A stretch of DNA of 64,000 nucleotides, from NCBI RefSeq assembly GCF_009914755.1, contig NC_060942.1. The stretch is one strand, 5' to 3'. The notes beneath the pieces are model-generated. The model searched no databases. It was not told the origin of the DNA and saw only the letters and a list, made by a program, of their open reading frames with translations. Source of the stretch: the human T2T-CHM13v2.0 reference genome, Homo sapiens. Shown here piece after piece: positions 12,651 to 25,864 of this stretch (within the stretch, counting starts at the first letter, position 1; each line of letters starts with the position of its first letter). The translations under genes were made by a program, and so were the position numbers.

Positions 12651-14521
12651 AGCACCTACCTGTTTAGTGTACCTAGAATTCAAAAGAGACAGGTCTTGGA
12701 GTATACATTTTTAATAAGTTCACGGAACACATAAAAGAGAACATTTCAGAACCAAAATCACCGGCAACAATGTTACTGCACTGAATTCTTCCAAAAGGAT
12801 TAATTTGTTTCTTAAGATATTCCTTCATAGTAGATTTTTCCTGAGAAGGCTATTCCTTTTATTTTTGAATTTCTAACAGAGGCTCTTCACAGCTTTGGAA
12901 AATGAATTCCATGTCGGGTCACCCAAAAAAATCAGCAAAGTGCAAATAATTATGAACAAAATTCAATATTGTCACAGGTTTATTCACAGGAAGTGTAATA
13001 ATCTCAATCCAGGGAAAGGTAGTAATTAACAGATAAGAGGTTCATTAAATGAGTATGTAGTGTCGTGACATTGGAAATGGGCATTGATCACTGTTAGCTC
13101 TATAGGTTTTCCCCTTGCCTGAAAATTCTGACACCACATTTGTCACTTGCTCTATTTTTAGAATTTTAATGAGCAGATCACCAAGCTTTACCTCATTAAC
13201 TTAGGTTCTGAGAAAACATTATTTACAGAGAAAATAGTAGGTTAAAATAGTCACTACTCCCAATTTTGTTAGGAAATAATACATGCAGACCAAACTAATA
13301 TATTTACTTATTATATATTAGTAAATCATATATAATATACTATATTTACTTATATATACATGTAAAGTAATATATTTACTTATTATATATTAGTAAATTA
13401 GTAGTGGGCAAGTTTGACCTTGCTTAACAGGTAAGTTTTGCCCACATTTATTTTCCTAGAATTAATCTATCTTTAAAATATATGTATTTCCAAGGACAAA
13501 TAAAATATTTATCTAACTTTACAGCTCCCATGGCTTACAAAAGTACATAATTTAAAGTAATATTTATTTTTTCTACTTTCAAATAATTATTAATAATTAG
13601 TCTAACTTTGTTTAGCTATAGTAATAAAAATGACATAATTACATAAATATTTATGTATACTTTGAAGCATAAAATCATTAAGTTAGGGTTTTAAAACTTA
13701 ATTATGGCATATTAAAAATGTGTGTCCCTTCCATAAGTCCTACAAAAATGATGGTAATAAATTAAAAAGAATGGTATAGACCCAGAGAGACAAAGAGAGA
13801 AAAGAAGTTAATAAGACGTGAGATGTCTTCAACATTTTGAAAGTTGAATAGCAGACGGATGGAAATGGCAACCGACTGAGCAGAGCAGAGAATGCTGGAA
13901 GAGGGGGGTGACTAGAGGAAATCCGTCTGATTGCCTGCCTGGAACCACAGAAGGCCTAAAGGACTGCAAGCATGAGGAAATCTTTGAAGAGTGGGACAAA
14001 AAACCCAAGATATGTGATGTGATTGCACAGCATTATAAGAGCAGTTATATCCAAGATTCTCTTCTTGAGGCCCTTTAATTGCAAAAGTATCCCTTTCCCA
14101 TCAAGCAAACATTTTATTCTATGGACTTACTGAGAGAAAATATGGAGCCTTTGACACAAACCAGAGCTGAGAGTGATGGTGAGGGGGTTTGGGGACAGAG
14201 GGAAATATATCAATACAAAGAAATCAAGTGGAAGTATAGGTACTAATTCCTGAGATCCTCTACCCCTCTTATCTTGCTCATTCCAAAGCACTACCTGCCA
14301 GATTTATCATGTCTATCCACATAGTTAAAGGAGTTTTCGCTGGACAAAATAACAAACCCAAGAGAATGCCACATAGACACTGACAGATGTGAAATAGTCA
14401 ATAAATCAGCCTTGTCCTGGCCCTACCACTTTTAGGAAAGCCTCAACTCACCAAAATTTACTTCTATATTCAGACTTGTTGACCTACTTTTTACTATGTG
14501 GATCTAAACATAAACGAACAC

Positions 14522-14598
14522 TCAAGGATCATCAAAGAGTTAAGGAGTGTCTCCAACAGGATCAAGGATTATCAAAGAGTTAAGGAGTGTCTCCAACA
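14522..14598. repeat. 40-bp-period tandem duplication inside HAL1
   Basis: TCAAGGAT(C/T)ATCAAAGAGTTAAGGAGTGTCTCCAACA twice, 36/37 identical. Confidence 0.95.
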
Positions 14599-15559
14599 AA
14601 AAACAAAGAGTCTTATAAAAACAAAAAGAAAAAGAAACAAAGGGAATCAGCAGAGTAAAGATAATGGAATGAAGAGGAGAGAGAACATTTAAAAACTTGA
14701 ATATCTTCAGAGAGCTAAAAGAAGATTTACACCCATTAAGAGCAAAGTGTTTTTAAAAGAAATATTCAGAGAACAAGAAAAAGCTCTTAGAAATTAAATA
14801 CAATATAGCATAAGTATTTTTAAATCCAATGGAGAGGTGGAAATATGTTAAAAATTCCTTCAGAAAATAAAATAAAAAGATGGAAAACTGAAAAAAAATC
14901 CAGAAAGTCTAATATTTTAAAACTAGGAGTTCCAGAGGGAGATAACAGAGGCAGGACAATAATTAAAGTAATAATGAAAAAAATACTGGATTTAAAAATG
15001 ATCATTTTCAAGATAGTAACAACCATTTAATTGCTTTATACAATAAGTAAAATATACTTCATAACAAAACATATATCATGAAATTTCGGAATTTTGAGAT
15101 AAAAATAAGAGCTAAAAAGCTTTCAGAAAGGTAAAAACATAAAGACTAGAAATCAGAATTTATTCACATTTCCTTAATAATGACCTTAGAAGTTAAAAGG
15201 AAATTACTTTCAAAATTCTTAGGAATGATATTTAACATGTAAGTGCTTGCTTGATCAAACTGTTTTAAGTATAAGAGAGAAAAAATAAGCCAGATTTGAT
15301 AAGTTTCATGAAATTGTCAATGTAAAAATGTTTTCTTAAGATGCTACTGGAGGATATGCTCTACCAAAATGAAGGAGGAAAGCAAAGTATATGTGACCCA
15401 GAGAAAAGGGTCTCCAAAGTACATAAAAGATAGGCAAAGGGAATTCCCAAGATGGCAAAAGAACATCCTAGGATAACAGAGATAATAGCTGTACAACAGG
15501 TTTAAAAGACCACTAGTCAAGATGCAAGCAAAGCTGAAGCCTCTAGAAGTAATATCTCT

Positions 15560-16030
15560 GTATTAATTAAATATTGTTGAGTAAATTCCACTCCAAAATT
15601 TAATTTCGTAAAAAACTTTATTTCGCACATGTTTACAGACCAGCTGAGCAGTTCCATGTATGTGGACCAGTGGACCAGGCTAAGCCGATCTTGGCTAGAC
15701 TTGTTCATGCATGCAGCCAGCTGGCAGGTTGGCTGGGGGCTGATTATTCTGTAATGGTCTTGCATTATAGACCTGAGCTGAGCTCAGGTCTTCTTTATAT
15801 TTCTTTCACATCTTAATGGCAGACTAACCCAGGCCAGTTCTCATGAGGGTAAGTAGATTTGTACAGGCACTTATTTAAGCTGTTTCTTGCACCAAGTTTG
15901 CTACTTTTCTCGTGGCCAGTTTACCCACATGGTCAAGCCCATGGATAGTATGGGAGATCACTATCAAAGGGTGTGGATACAAGGAAATGTGGAAAATTGG
16001 GTCAATTAATGCGATTTCTCTGCCATAATC
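15560..16030 (-). mobile_element. Old MLT1-type MaLR LTR nested in HAL1
   Basis: GCATGCAGCCAGCTGGCAGGTTGGCTGGGG...CATGGTCAAGCCCA...AAAGGGTGTGGATACAAGGA motifs. Confidence 0.65.
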
Positions 16031-18589
16031 ACTAACAAAAAATATGGGAGAAAAGACTTCTTTTGAACTGATATTTTCAGAGAAGTGTGGCAATTCCATT
16101 TGAAAGCTTAGCGATAAATTAGTAATAGAAATTTTTAAAAAACTCAGGCACATAAACATATATAACAATTATTAACTCTAAGGAAAAATAGAACATTGTA
16201 GGAAAATATATATAATCTTTGCATTTTATGTGTCTCAACTGTGAACAATATTTACAAACTCAGAACAATGAAATAACACTGATCAAAACTAATCTATACA
16301 ACCATATTAAGAGCATGGAGGAAAGAAAGTGTGTGTGGAGCAAGTGGTCTAAGGGAAAGAAAAAGCCATCAGTTCAAGTAACAGGAAGTTCACAATAATG
16401 TCAAGACTTGAAAATAATGAAGAACGAATACAAGCATGTAATTTAAAATCACAAAAAGCCTCTGGAGAATGGATAGATGTGAATAGGAGATTACTGAGTT
16501 TGTTATAAGCCTTGCAGTGCCATTGGTGTTTTTGAACTACGTGTATATATATTTTTTTGTTAAAAATAAAACAAAAAGAAATAAAATAATAATATATTTG
16601 TCTATAAAACACACTTTACAAATGTATGTATAGCTAAATGAGCTTAAACTTCCTCACCCTCATTTCCCTTGTAAAGAAGGGGTTAATCAATTTCTATCAT
16701 GTCTTTTATTTAAGAAATTCCAAGATTCACAATTCCAATAGATTTTGCCACGTATTTATTATTTAATATCTTGTGTCTTTCCTATTACTCTTAAAACAAT
16801 AATTTAATGTCTCTTTATTTAATGTCCTTTTCTTTTATCCATTTTTAAATATGTTCTGCCTATACTAATTTAACCCAAAATTCTGCTAGAGAGATAGTCA
16901 CTGCTTATTTAATAGTAAGACTTTTGTCCTTGTTCCCTGACTGCCTGAATCAAAATTACTCCATTTATCTCTGGAACTCAAAACGAGTTTCAGGAAGACT
17001 AGAAAATGATATAAGTACCTCAGGCAGGAAGGTAATTTAGAGCTCCTTTAAACTGATGCTCTTTTAAGTATTGGTTCAACAACTATGCAGTAAAATATGG
17101 CCAGCCAGAAATATTTTATTTGCTTTTTAAAGGTCTATTTGAAGACATCATCTACGCCAAGAAGAAAAGAGCTACTTTACATCTCAACAGTGACGAAAGG
17201 AGTTGCATACGAATATACGAACTGGTATCGTTTCTGATTTATTTCGAAGCTATTTCATGCTCCTTATAAATTCATGCTGCAAGCAACTCCCTAGCTAGCC
17301 CACCTGATATAAAGCTCTGGTGTCAAATATCACTACACACTAACACAACTACAGCATGCAGTAAACATCAATGTGGTTCCTTCCTTTTTGCTCTGGCCCT
17401 ATTTTTCCATGTCCACAGTCTGCAAAGCTTTTTGTATATTTTATCACTATCCTTGCTTTCCCTAGGGCGATGGTATATAACATATTAATATGATCACACG
17501 CTATTTCCCCTCCCAATGAGCCAAAGAGAAACCTGGCATTTCCAGCTTAATCAGTAATTCCTCCTCACTCATCATCGTCACTCTTAAGAAAGATTTGTTC
17601 TGTGTCTAAACGTCATGGAAATTTTTTTCAGGCAGCTTCAGTAAGCAGATAAAAAGGATGGTAAGGGGTGGAAGGAGGAGAGGAAAAGCAAGAGTCGAGC
17701 AGATCTTCCAAGAGTAGATTAAATCAGTCTGCATTAAAAGAGCACAAAGTAGGTGTCTAAGGGCGAGCAGAGAATTGGGGCACAAGAGAAGAGGGTTAGA
17801 AAGACAGTTTTGTGAGGCTGTTTGGTGACCAAGATGGTCTGCAACACCTGGGCATGTTGAAAAATGGGAAAGGAAAAAAAAGGAGGGCTTGTGAATTGCA
17901 TTTTCTTTCATTGCTTCCAGGAGATGTTAGAGGAGAGTGGAGTTTCTATTTAATTATTTTTAACATCTCTGAACTGTGCTTCTTTAAATGCTTTCTGCTT
18001 CAGAATTGAGTACCAAGGATCACACTTAATAGAGTCATGATGGGAACAGCCCTGTCCTTGCCAGGCTTTGCTTCCTGATGCCCCCAAAGTAACTACCCAT
18101 AGAGAGGAGGAGCAGATGGGAAAAGGGCCAACTTCTCAGCCCTTGCCATACTTTGTCACACCAAGCTGCTTTGCTTATATCTAAGGTCTCACAATCTCTA
18201 TCCTAAACTCTTCTACTTTTGATCAGTACCCCACAAAGAGAGGCATCAAGCACACCAAGTCTAACCAAGAACAGATGGAACGCCAACCTTAACCACCCTC
18301 CAAAAATTATCTAGCCCCTCACCAGTCACCCAATATAAAAAATAAAATCTTATGAGGCAAAGAAAAACATATGTGGTTGCTATAAGAGCTGTCACTCCTA
18401 GAAGCATTTGAAAAAAATGATCCCTGATATATTAATAGTGTCTATCCTTGAGGAATGTGATAAAAGAAGATTGGGATATTCAAGTGGGCACACTTTTGCC
18501 CAACAAATATCAGAGCTGAGATTAGATAGCAAAGAAACAGGAGGAAATCCATATGATGATAAAAATATAGACTATAGATTTAGGGAGAA

Positions 18590-18740
18590 AAACAGATTTG
18601 AATTCTTTTCTGGTCACTTACTGGCTGTTTGATCTAGAGCAAATTACATAGCTGTTCTGAGTCTCAGTTTCCCAATTTGTAACAGAAACAGTTACATATG
18701 CAGAATTATAGAAATTGCTGAGAGATAAAGTAATCAACAG
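18590..18740 (+). mobile_element. MIR SINE
   Basis: CACTTACTGGCTGTTTGATCTAGAGCAAATTAC...TCTGAGTCTCAGTTTCCC core. Confidence 0.75.
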
Positions 18741-18769
18741 AAAAAGACAGGAAAAAAATGACATAGCTT

Positions 18770-19090
18770 TTCATGTATTTAATGAGTATTTACAAAGTAG
18801 ATATCACATGCAAGACTACTGAGGTTAAAAGGATATGTTAAATATAACCCTGATCCTGAAGGAACCAACAATCTATCAGAAGACATAATACAAATATTCA
18901 TATTCTCAAATACATGGAGAACTGTCACTAGTGTCATCAAAAAGAAGAGCACAAAGAATTGTATGGTGCTACAGAAGCTCAGTGAAAGAACAGATGGCAC
19001 AGAGAGATGGAAAGAAGTTTGCACTTCTGAAGAAAAAAAGACAAGGAAATAGGATTTAAAGCACCTCATAGATATTAACATTGAGAAAAA
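18770..19090 (-). mobile_element. L2 3' end fragment
   Basis: TTCATGTATTTAATGAGTATTTAC followed by purine-rich antisense L2 pattern. Confidence 0.5.
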
Positions 19091-20363
19091 CAAACATCTC
19101 TTCTTTTAAGACTAGTAAGATTAAGGAAAAATTAAGAATAATTTTTTTAATTTTGGGATGCAGAGAAATAAATTATAGATATTTGTCAATTGATAAAGAA
19201 TTCAGACTCTTTTAAATAGTCAGAGGTAAGTCATTATTAAAGCATAAGAAAAGATAAATGGAAAAGTGAGTGTACTAGAAAAAAATCAAAATAATTTGGT
19301 GAAGTAATAGATTTATTTACTGGCCTGGCCTGCTGTCTAGCCTGCCTCCCCTCTAGCCAATTAAAGCCTAAGTAGCTTTCAGTGACAAATTTGTCTTGTC
19401 TCCTTAAATAAACTTCTGTTCCTGCCTTTTCTCTCTTTTCTGTGACTTCTCTTCTTGTGTTTTTGCCTTGTATAAAATCTATGCTGACAACATAAAATGT
19501 TATTGTATACATGTATGACATTTTCTTCTAAATATTTCAAAGGTATACCTTGTCCATAAAATACTGTAAGTTCCTCAAGGCTAGAAACCCATGTTATGCA
19601 TAGCTTTCACCATACCTTTTATGATTTCAAAATAATGTGTAATATAATAACTGGAAATTTGGAAAATGCAGAAAAGTATAAAATAAACAATTAAAACTAT
19701 CCATAAATACTCTACCTAGAAATAGTGTTAACAGCTTGTCCAATGTTTCAATGCATATAAAAATCTCAGGGCAATGATTAACTTATAGAAAAATTAAAGA
19801 AACTGAATAAGATGAAATCAAGACTAGATTCTTAAAGGCACCCTGGGAGATATAACATTTTCTGCCACATTATGATTTAATCTAATAGCATGGAAGCAAT
19901 ACATGCTATGAAAAAACCTCACTGGTAAATATTTATTGAGTTTTTACCTGATTTCAAAAAACTGAACCGGGCAATATGAGGATACAAAAAAAAAAAATCT
20001 GTCTCTGTCCTTAGAGAATCATCACTGAGAAACAGATGAAGAATTAAGCATCATCAAAATATTTAAATAATAATTTAACACAACAACCAATGAGAGAGAC
20101 ATGAGATTACATAGATTAATTACCAAATGAAGTCTGCAGGCAATAATTGCTATTTGAGTTCACATACACTAATGTGATTTATGGCAAGATGCATTTGTAT
20201 AGCAACTCTCTAATTGCTCTTAAACTTCTAAGAGAAGTCTGAGTATAAATTACAAGTGCAGATTTACTTTCAAATGTGCACTAACAAACTCAAGCTTTTC
20301 TATTGTGGTTGCTTTCTCCTATTTGTTTCCACTATTAGTTATTTTAAAGGAGATCTTGACTAG

Positions 20364-20702
20364 TGTAAATAAAAATTCGAACAAAATAATTCAAATTTAA
20401 AGCTGTTGGAACTTTAAATTTTTCTGAGCCTTGAAAGGGATATGGCTATACAGCCTGAATCATGCAGCACGCAGCTACAGCTTCTGCCTTTAACCACATG
20501 ATCCCAGAGATAAGACCCGCTCAGATCACTAACCCTCCTCATGAAGTAATAATCTTCTTGGAAATGTAGTAATCTTAACTTCTCCACTTTGGACTGCTGA
20601 CCCCATTTGGAGATGGTGTTTCCAGGCGTCCATCATCAAGCTGTGCTCAAATTAACTCTATACCTAATCATATTTTCTGAATCTTATTATTTAAAGTTGA
20701 CA
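20364..20702 (+). mobile_element. ERV1 MER4-group solo LTR (LTR54-like), short
   Basis: TG...TTATTTAAAGTTGACA termini; AAAGCTGTTGGAACTTTAAA and CCAGAGATAAGACCC motifs; ATTAAC in place of the poly(A) signal. Confidence 0.7.
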
Positions 20703-21392
20703 TTAGGAAAACACATGTGTATACAGTATATAAAATATACTAATATATATAACATAATACTATATGTGTAGTTACTAACCAATAAGAGAAATCTTTTGGT
20801 CAGTGGAGCAAAATCCTAAATCGCTTAAATTCACAACCCTTTCTAACCACTTCCAATGGTTTTAAACATCTTCCGCAACAAAACTCTACGTGCAGAGAAC
20901 CAATTCGGGCAAAAGTATTCTGTATCATTGTGTAGTTTCTCCCACACACAACACCTTGGGTCATGTGGGAGTCTTTTCCTAAGCTAGCAGGAAGCTTAAG
21001 TGACCTTCCTTTCTTATGAGAAAGACCACTGTCTCTTACCAAGATAATATGGAGGGAAAAATCTGAATGTTGGGAAAGCATTCCGAAGATTAGAAATCCT
21101 GAAAGAGACTGTGTTTCTTTCTAAGTACTCCTGTAATCCTTGCCTGGTAGAACTCCCTAGGCTTAACAAGCAGAGAGCCGCTCACAAGCACAAGCAGCCC
21201 CTGTGCCATTTGACCACAAGGTTTAAGGAAGAGATGAATGAAGAGCCTCAAGGAACTATTGGAACTAAGTGCCAGAGTCCCAAGAGAGAGTTTTTCCTTG
21301 AATTTCACAGAGAGCTAAAATCACTTTTTTGAACATGTGACAGTGCTGAAGATTCACACTGAGCTAGCAAAGAATTCCTGCAGCTTTAAAAC

Positions 21393-21494
21393 CCTGAGAG
21401 GGACGATGCCACGGAAGGCTCAGGTGCATTCTTGGACTCAATGCCTGAGAGGGACGATGCCACGGAAGGCTCAGGTGCATTCTTGGACTCAATG
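21393..21494. repeat. Perfect 51-bp tandem duplication
   Basis: CCTGAGAGGGACGATGCCACGGAAGGCTCAGGTGCATTCTTGGACTCAATG at 21393-21443 and 21444-21494. Confidence 0.98.
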
Positions 21495-21749
21495 TGTTCA
21501 CATAAACACTCCTAATCATGTGGATGGAATAGTAGTGAGTAAGGAATTGGGAAGTAGGCAAAGATGAATATTTTAGTCTCTCTTAGAAACCAATAACGTG
21601 TGCTGGCAGGAAACATTGTAAAAACATTACCCCATGACTCTCAGAATTCTGTCAGTTCTTTTGAGCACCCGAGATCCCAAAGGAAACAGTTGTGGACAGT
21701 TAATAAATTGATTTCTATTGTCTCAGAAAAAAAAGAGGCTGAGAAGATA

Positions 21750-22120
21750 CGGTGAGTTGGCTTCCTCAATACCCTTCATCTTCTAACTTGCTTTCAAGTA
21801 ATGTGATGCCTAGAAAGATAAAATTACATTTCCAAGAGTCTCCTCAGCCTAGTTCATATATGTAATCTAGCGTCACATCTATCAGGTGTAACCATGAACA
21901 GTGTGAGATGGAAAGAGCAGATCTTTTGGGAACCACAGTGGCAGAAGTGGTTCTTCCACAATGGGTTTTAGGCCTCCGGGCAGCAGAAATCCTGGTGCTT
22001 AAGCCAGGGCAGCCCTGTCATGTGGTTGAGCATTTTTCCTTGCTAAGTTATCTTTGAGTTGATTATCCTTATATAAGTAACATCCAGAATGAGCTTTGCT
22101 GACTAGAATTAAGAATGCTG
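21750..22120. mobile_element. LTR33-like ERVL LTR
   Basis: CTAGAAAGATAAAATTACATTTCCAAGAGTCTCCTCAGCCTAG is the recalled LTR33 motif. Confidence 0.6.
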
Positions 22121-22229
22121 ATCAATTTGGAAAACGTTTATGATTAAGAGAAGTTTATCTGGCCATCCTAAAAACAAAGATTTTAACCAAAAGGCATAGA
22201 TTTAAAAAAATGTATTCTACAACTGTAAT

Positions 22230-22990
22230 ACATTCTACCATCCAAGAGCATTTGATGAGAAACTAGTGTGTGTCAGGTCATGTGCTGGGTACTGAGATTA
22301 CAAAGATGAATAAGATGAATAAGATGCAGTCCTTATTTTAAGAGACCCACTGGTGAAGGAAGCAAATACTCTGTAAAAAAAAAAGCAATAATAAAGAAAA
22401 ATGCTAAAGGCATGATTATCACACAGGAAAAGTAAACAATTTAGAGAAAGGCAATGGTCTCAAGTGGACTGCCTTCAGGGGAGGAAGTATACCTGAAGCT
22501 TGGAGTAAGTTATGAGGGATATTTTCAGCAGATTAGAGAATTCAGAGGAAGCATGGATCAAGCAAGAGGAGATATATGTTCAAGTGCTAAGTGATGTTTT
22601 CAGTAGAGAAGGCTATAGGATGAAGGAAAGAGGTAAGACAAATAGGACTCAGATGATGGAGATCATTGCAGGTCATGCTAGGCAGCTTAGATTACACCTA
22701 TGGGTACTATATCAGAAACAATTATGGAGTTTCAAAATGGTGCTGAAATTTAGGTATAAATTTTAGGTAGGTCAATTAACAGCACTGTGAGGAAGGTAGG
22801 GATAGCTGTGTGAGTCTGGTGGTATAGCCTATATGTGAAACAACATAGCTTTGAAGTAAAACAGAAAATGCAAGACGTGTTTGAAAAATATTTCAGAGAT
22901 AAGTGATTCATGACTTCCCATGACTCTCCCATGCCTTTCAAGTTTCTCCCTTGATTGCATGGGTAGAAGATAAGCAACAGAGCACATCAC
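22230..22990 (-). mobile_element. L2 LINE 3' region
   Basis: TGTGTCAGGTCATGTGCTGGGTACTGAGATTACAAAGATGAATAAG antisense L2 end. Confidence 0.75.
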
Positions 22991-23175
22991 ACCCAGACAC
23001 TAGAGACTAAATAAGAGGAATGTTGTCCAGTTATCCTTCCATAGAGTTTAAGGATGTGGCAGCCCCACTGGCAGAAGTTTCCATAGATACAGTATAAAGT
23101 TCCAGGAAGAGTGCCTAATAGATTGATGGAATGGTATAATGTAGAGTGTATGGAGGCATTTTAAATTCCATAAGC

Positions 23176-23471
23176 CTTTTTTTTTGTTTTTGAGATGGAG
23201 TCTTGCTCCATCACCTAGGCTGGAGTGCAGTGGTGAGATCTTGGCTCACTGCAACCCCCACCACCCGAGTTCAAGAGATTCTCCTGCCTCAGCCTGCTGA
23301 GTAGCTGGGATTACAGGCGTGCACCACCATGCCCAGCTAATTTTTGTATTTTTAGTAGAGATGGGGTTTCACCATGTTATTCAGGATGGTCTCGAACTCC
23401 TGACTTTGTGATCCGCCCACCTCGGCCTCCCAAAGTGCTTGGATTACAGGCATGAGCCACTGCACCTGGTC
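23176..23471 (-). mobile_element. AluS (Sc/Sg-like), full length
   Basis: Poly-T, two arms with TAATTTTTGTATTTTTAGTAGAGA linker, ends GAGCCACTGCACCTGGTC. Confidence 0.97.
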
Positions 23472-25864
23472 AGCTTTTGTTTTTTAACATTCTTGAAACT
23501 TTGTTCATTAGTAACTTATTAACTGATACATGCTGTTAATTATACAATTGGGCATGCACAAAAAAAATTAAAAAATCCTTCCCCTTCTCATGGGAGACAA
23601 GCAGACATAGTAGAAAATGATTAATAAATACTCCATGGCAACTTCAGAGTAAATATTTGCTTCAAAATTAATTACCCACGTTATTAATATGAGTATGAGG
23701 TGAGTTTCACACCTCATTGGTAGATGGAAGTTGCTGTTATATTGCATTGTTAGAGAATTGTGAAATTATCCCTCTAATATATCAGTTTCATGCTTCCTAC
23801 ATACTGCCCAAATTTAAAAAGATTGCCTCTCACAAAATTCATGCTTAAGCAACTTTAATGTAATTTAGTGATTCTGTCAAGTGAATTCAACAATGAAAAT
23901 ATTAGGATAATCCCAATTAATATGACAAACTGGCAAGAGAAGCAGCTAGTTGAACAATATTTTCACCTCTGGATGTTGTCTTCAATTAAACTTTCTATCA
24001 AATGAAAGAATTGATTAGTCTTTTCAAGCAAGAAGCCTTGTTTCCTACAAGTAAACAGAATCATTTCCAATAAAGCTTTCAGGGCTTTTAAGAGGTTGTC
24101 ATCTCTGGCTGGGGAAACAGTTTATGGCATCCCAGCAACTGCTTTCATTACATGCACGTATTTGGCAATCAGTGGCATGCTGCAAGTTCAGGAGTGTAAT
24201 CTGGAAAGGTCATAGTTGGACTGCTGAAAAAGACACTGAAAGGTCAGCTAGTTAGTGTTGAATTTCATGATGTGTATTTCTATGCTTTGATATGTAGTTG
24301 TGTATACACAACCTAATTAGTGTTGATGCTAGCTTTATAATGAAAACTATCCATTTTCCTACTTTATATCTGATTTTCTCATTTGCGACATCTTTGATTA
24401 AAAAGATCACACCACATCATCTTGTTGATAGCAGCAAGGATGCTGCTCATTATTAGATTATTAAGGCAATGTACTGCATGATAAAATGAATTTGGCCAGG
24501 AAAAAAATCACATTTAAAATGATTATGTTGAAGTGGTTTTAATGGAGATAATCATACATTAATTTAAAAAATACATGTGAGCTTGGGGTAAACTTGAACT
24601 GAGAGATCTTGGATATTCAATATGTAAAAAGACATAAAACCTAAGAAAGACAAATTTGGTAGTTTTCATTCAACACTAGATCTAAAGATGATTCATTCAT
24701 TCCTTGACTATTCATGTACCTTAGTCATCGATCACTTTTCGGCAATTAACAAAAAATGCTTACTGGTAATCATTGAGCTGCCTTTGACTACTTGTGTTAA
24801 CTTTCTGATATTTTTTTCAGTGTACAGTGCTTGAAGCATTCATTTTTCTGTTTGCATAGGATCTAACCAAAATGTAAGAAGACTTACTTTTATATTTTTT
24901 GATGAGCATCTTTATAGCTTATAATGAACCTCCATTAAAGAACATGACACTTCTAAAATTTCTTTTCCTGGGATGCTTACGTATCATTTCTAACAAATAC
25001 ACTTTTATGGAGTCTACTACCAGAGATATCGAGGCAATCAGAGGACTTTATGAATATATTGGCTGCTATTATTAGAGAGGGGCCTCACTTACAACTACCA
25101 TGCACATATATGCAGATGTGTAAGCAATAGAAGATAAGGAATATGAGCATGCATTTTAAAGTAAACTATATTAGATACTTAAAATCTTATATAAACTTAA
25201 TGTTAAGATATAAAAACAGATGGTGTTTTTACTTGGGAAACTCATAGCAGCTATCATTGAAGGTAATGCCCAGGATAAGTTCACATGCTTTCCATAGAGT
25301 TATAATTTACAGTATGAAGGGTACTCACAGATATAATTCTTATGGAAGTCTGAAACTGTCTATCACAAAAAATGAAAGTTATTCTTTGAGGTAACTATTA
25401 AATATAGGCATTAGCTGCAAATATAGCTGTGCTTTGATTTTATTCTTGCTTTGATTTTATTTGATGACTTTGCCAGTGTTGTGTGTTCCTTGAAATATGT
25501 TTTATCAAAGGACTACTGCTAGGTCTCCGCTTTGCACATCCTTGCATCTAGAACAAATGCACCTCTTAGTTCTTTTATCCATAAAACATCTTCTTGCCTT
25601 TCTTTTCTTTTTATTTTAAAATCAACATACATCATTAAAGAAAGTTGGCAAGCAGATAAATGTGAGAGAAAAATCACCATAGTCATACCACCTAAATACA
25701 GCTATCATCAAAATTTTGCTGTGTTCCTATTGTTGTTGTTGTTTTCCAAAACATGTTCTGGTTTTTAGAGTGTCATGACACTGGATACATAATTGTTATG
25801 TCTTCAAGTTTTTCCTATTATCCCACAGACATTTTCATGGATTAATTTTTCTATTTATAACTCC

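Larger units (their letters stand above)
13710..16590 (+). mobile_element. HAL1 (half-L1, ORF1-only) element, interrupted near 15560-16030
   Basis: L1-ORF1-like RKSNILKLGVPEG (14845-15030), HAL1 motif GCTACTGGAGGATATGCTCTACCAAAATGA near 15345, no ORF2, A-rich tail near 16560-16590. Confidence 0.7.

Noticed and set aside
13428-13436. Perfect splice donor CAG/GTAAGT
   Set aside because: No matching acceptor or exon-like sequence upstream; single 9-mers occur by chance.
21337-21567. ORFs with a 17-aa repeat on both strands
   Set aside because: Consequence of the 51-bp duplication being a multiple of three.
24000-24560. Repeat-free stretch with an enhancer-like look (TAAT and TTTGAT motifs)
   Set aside because: Conservation cannot be judged from one sequence and the motifs are common in AT-rich DNA.
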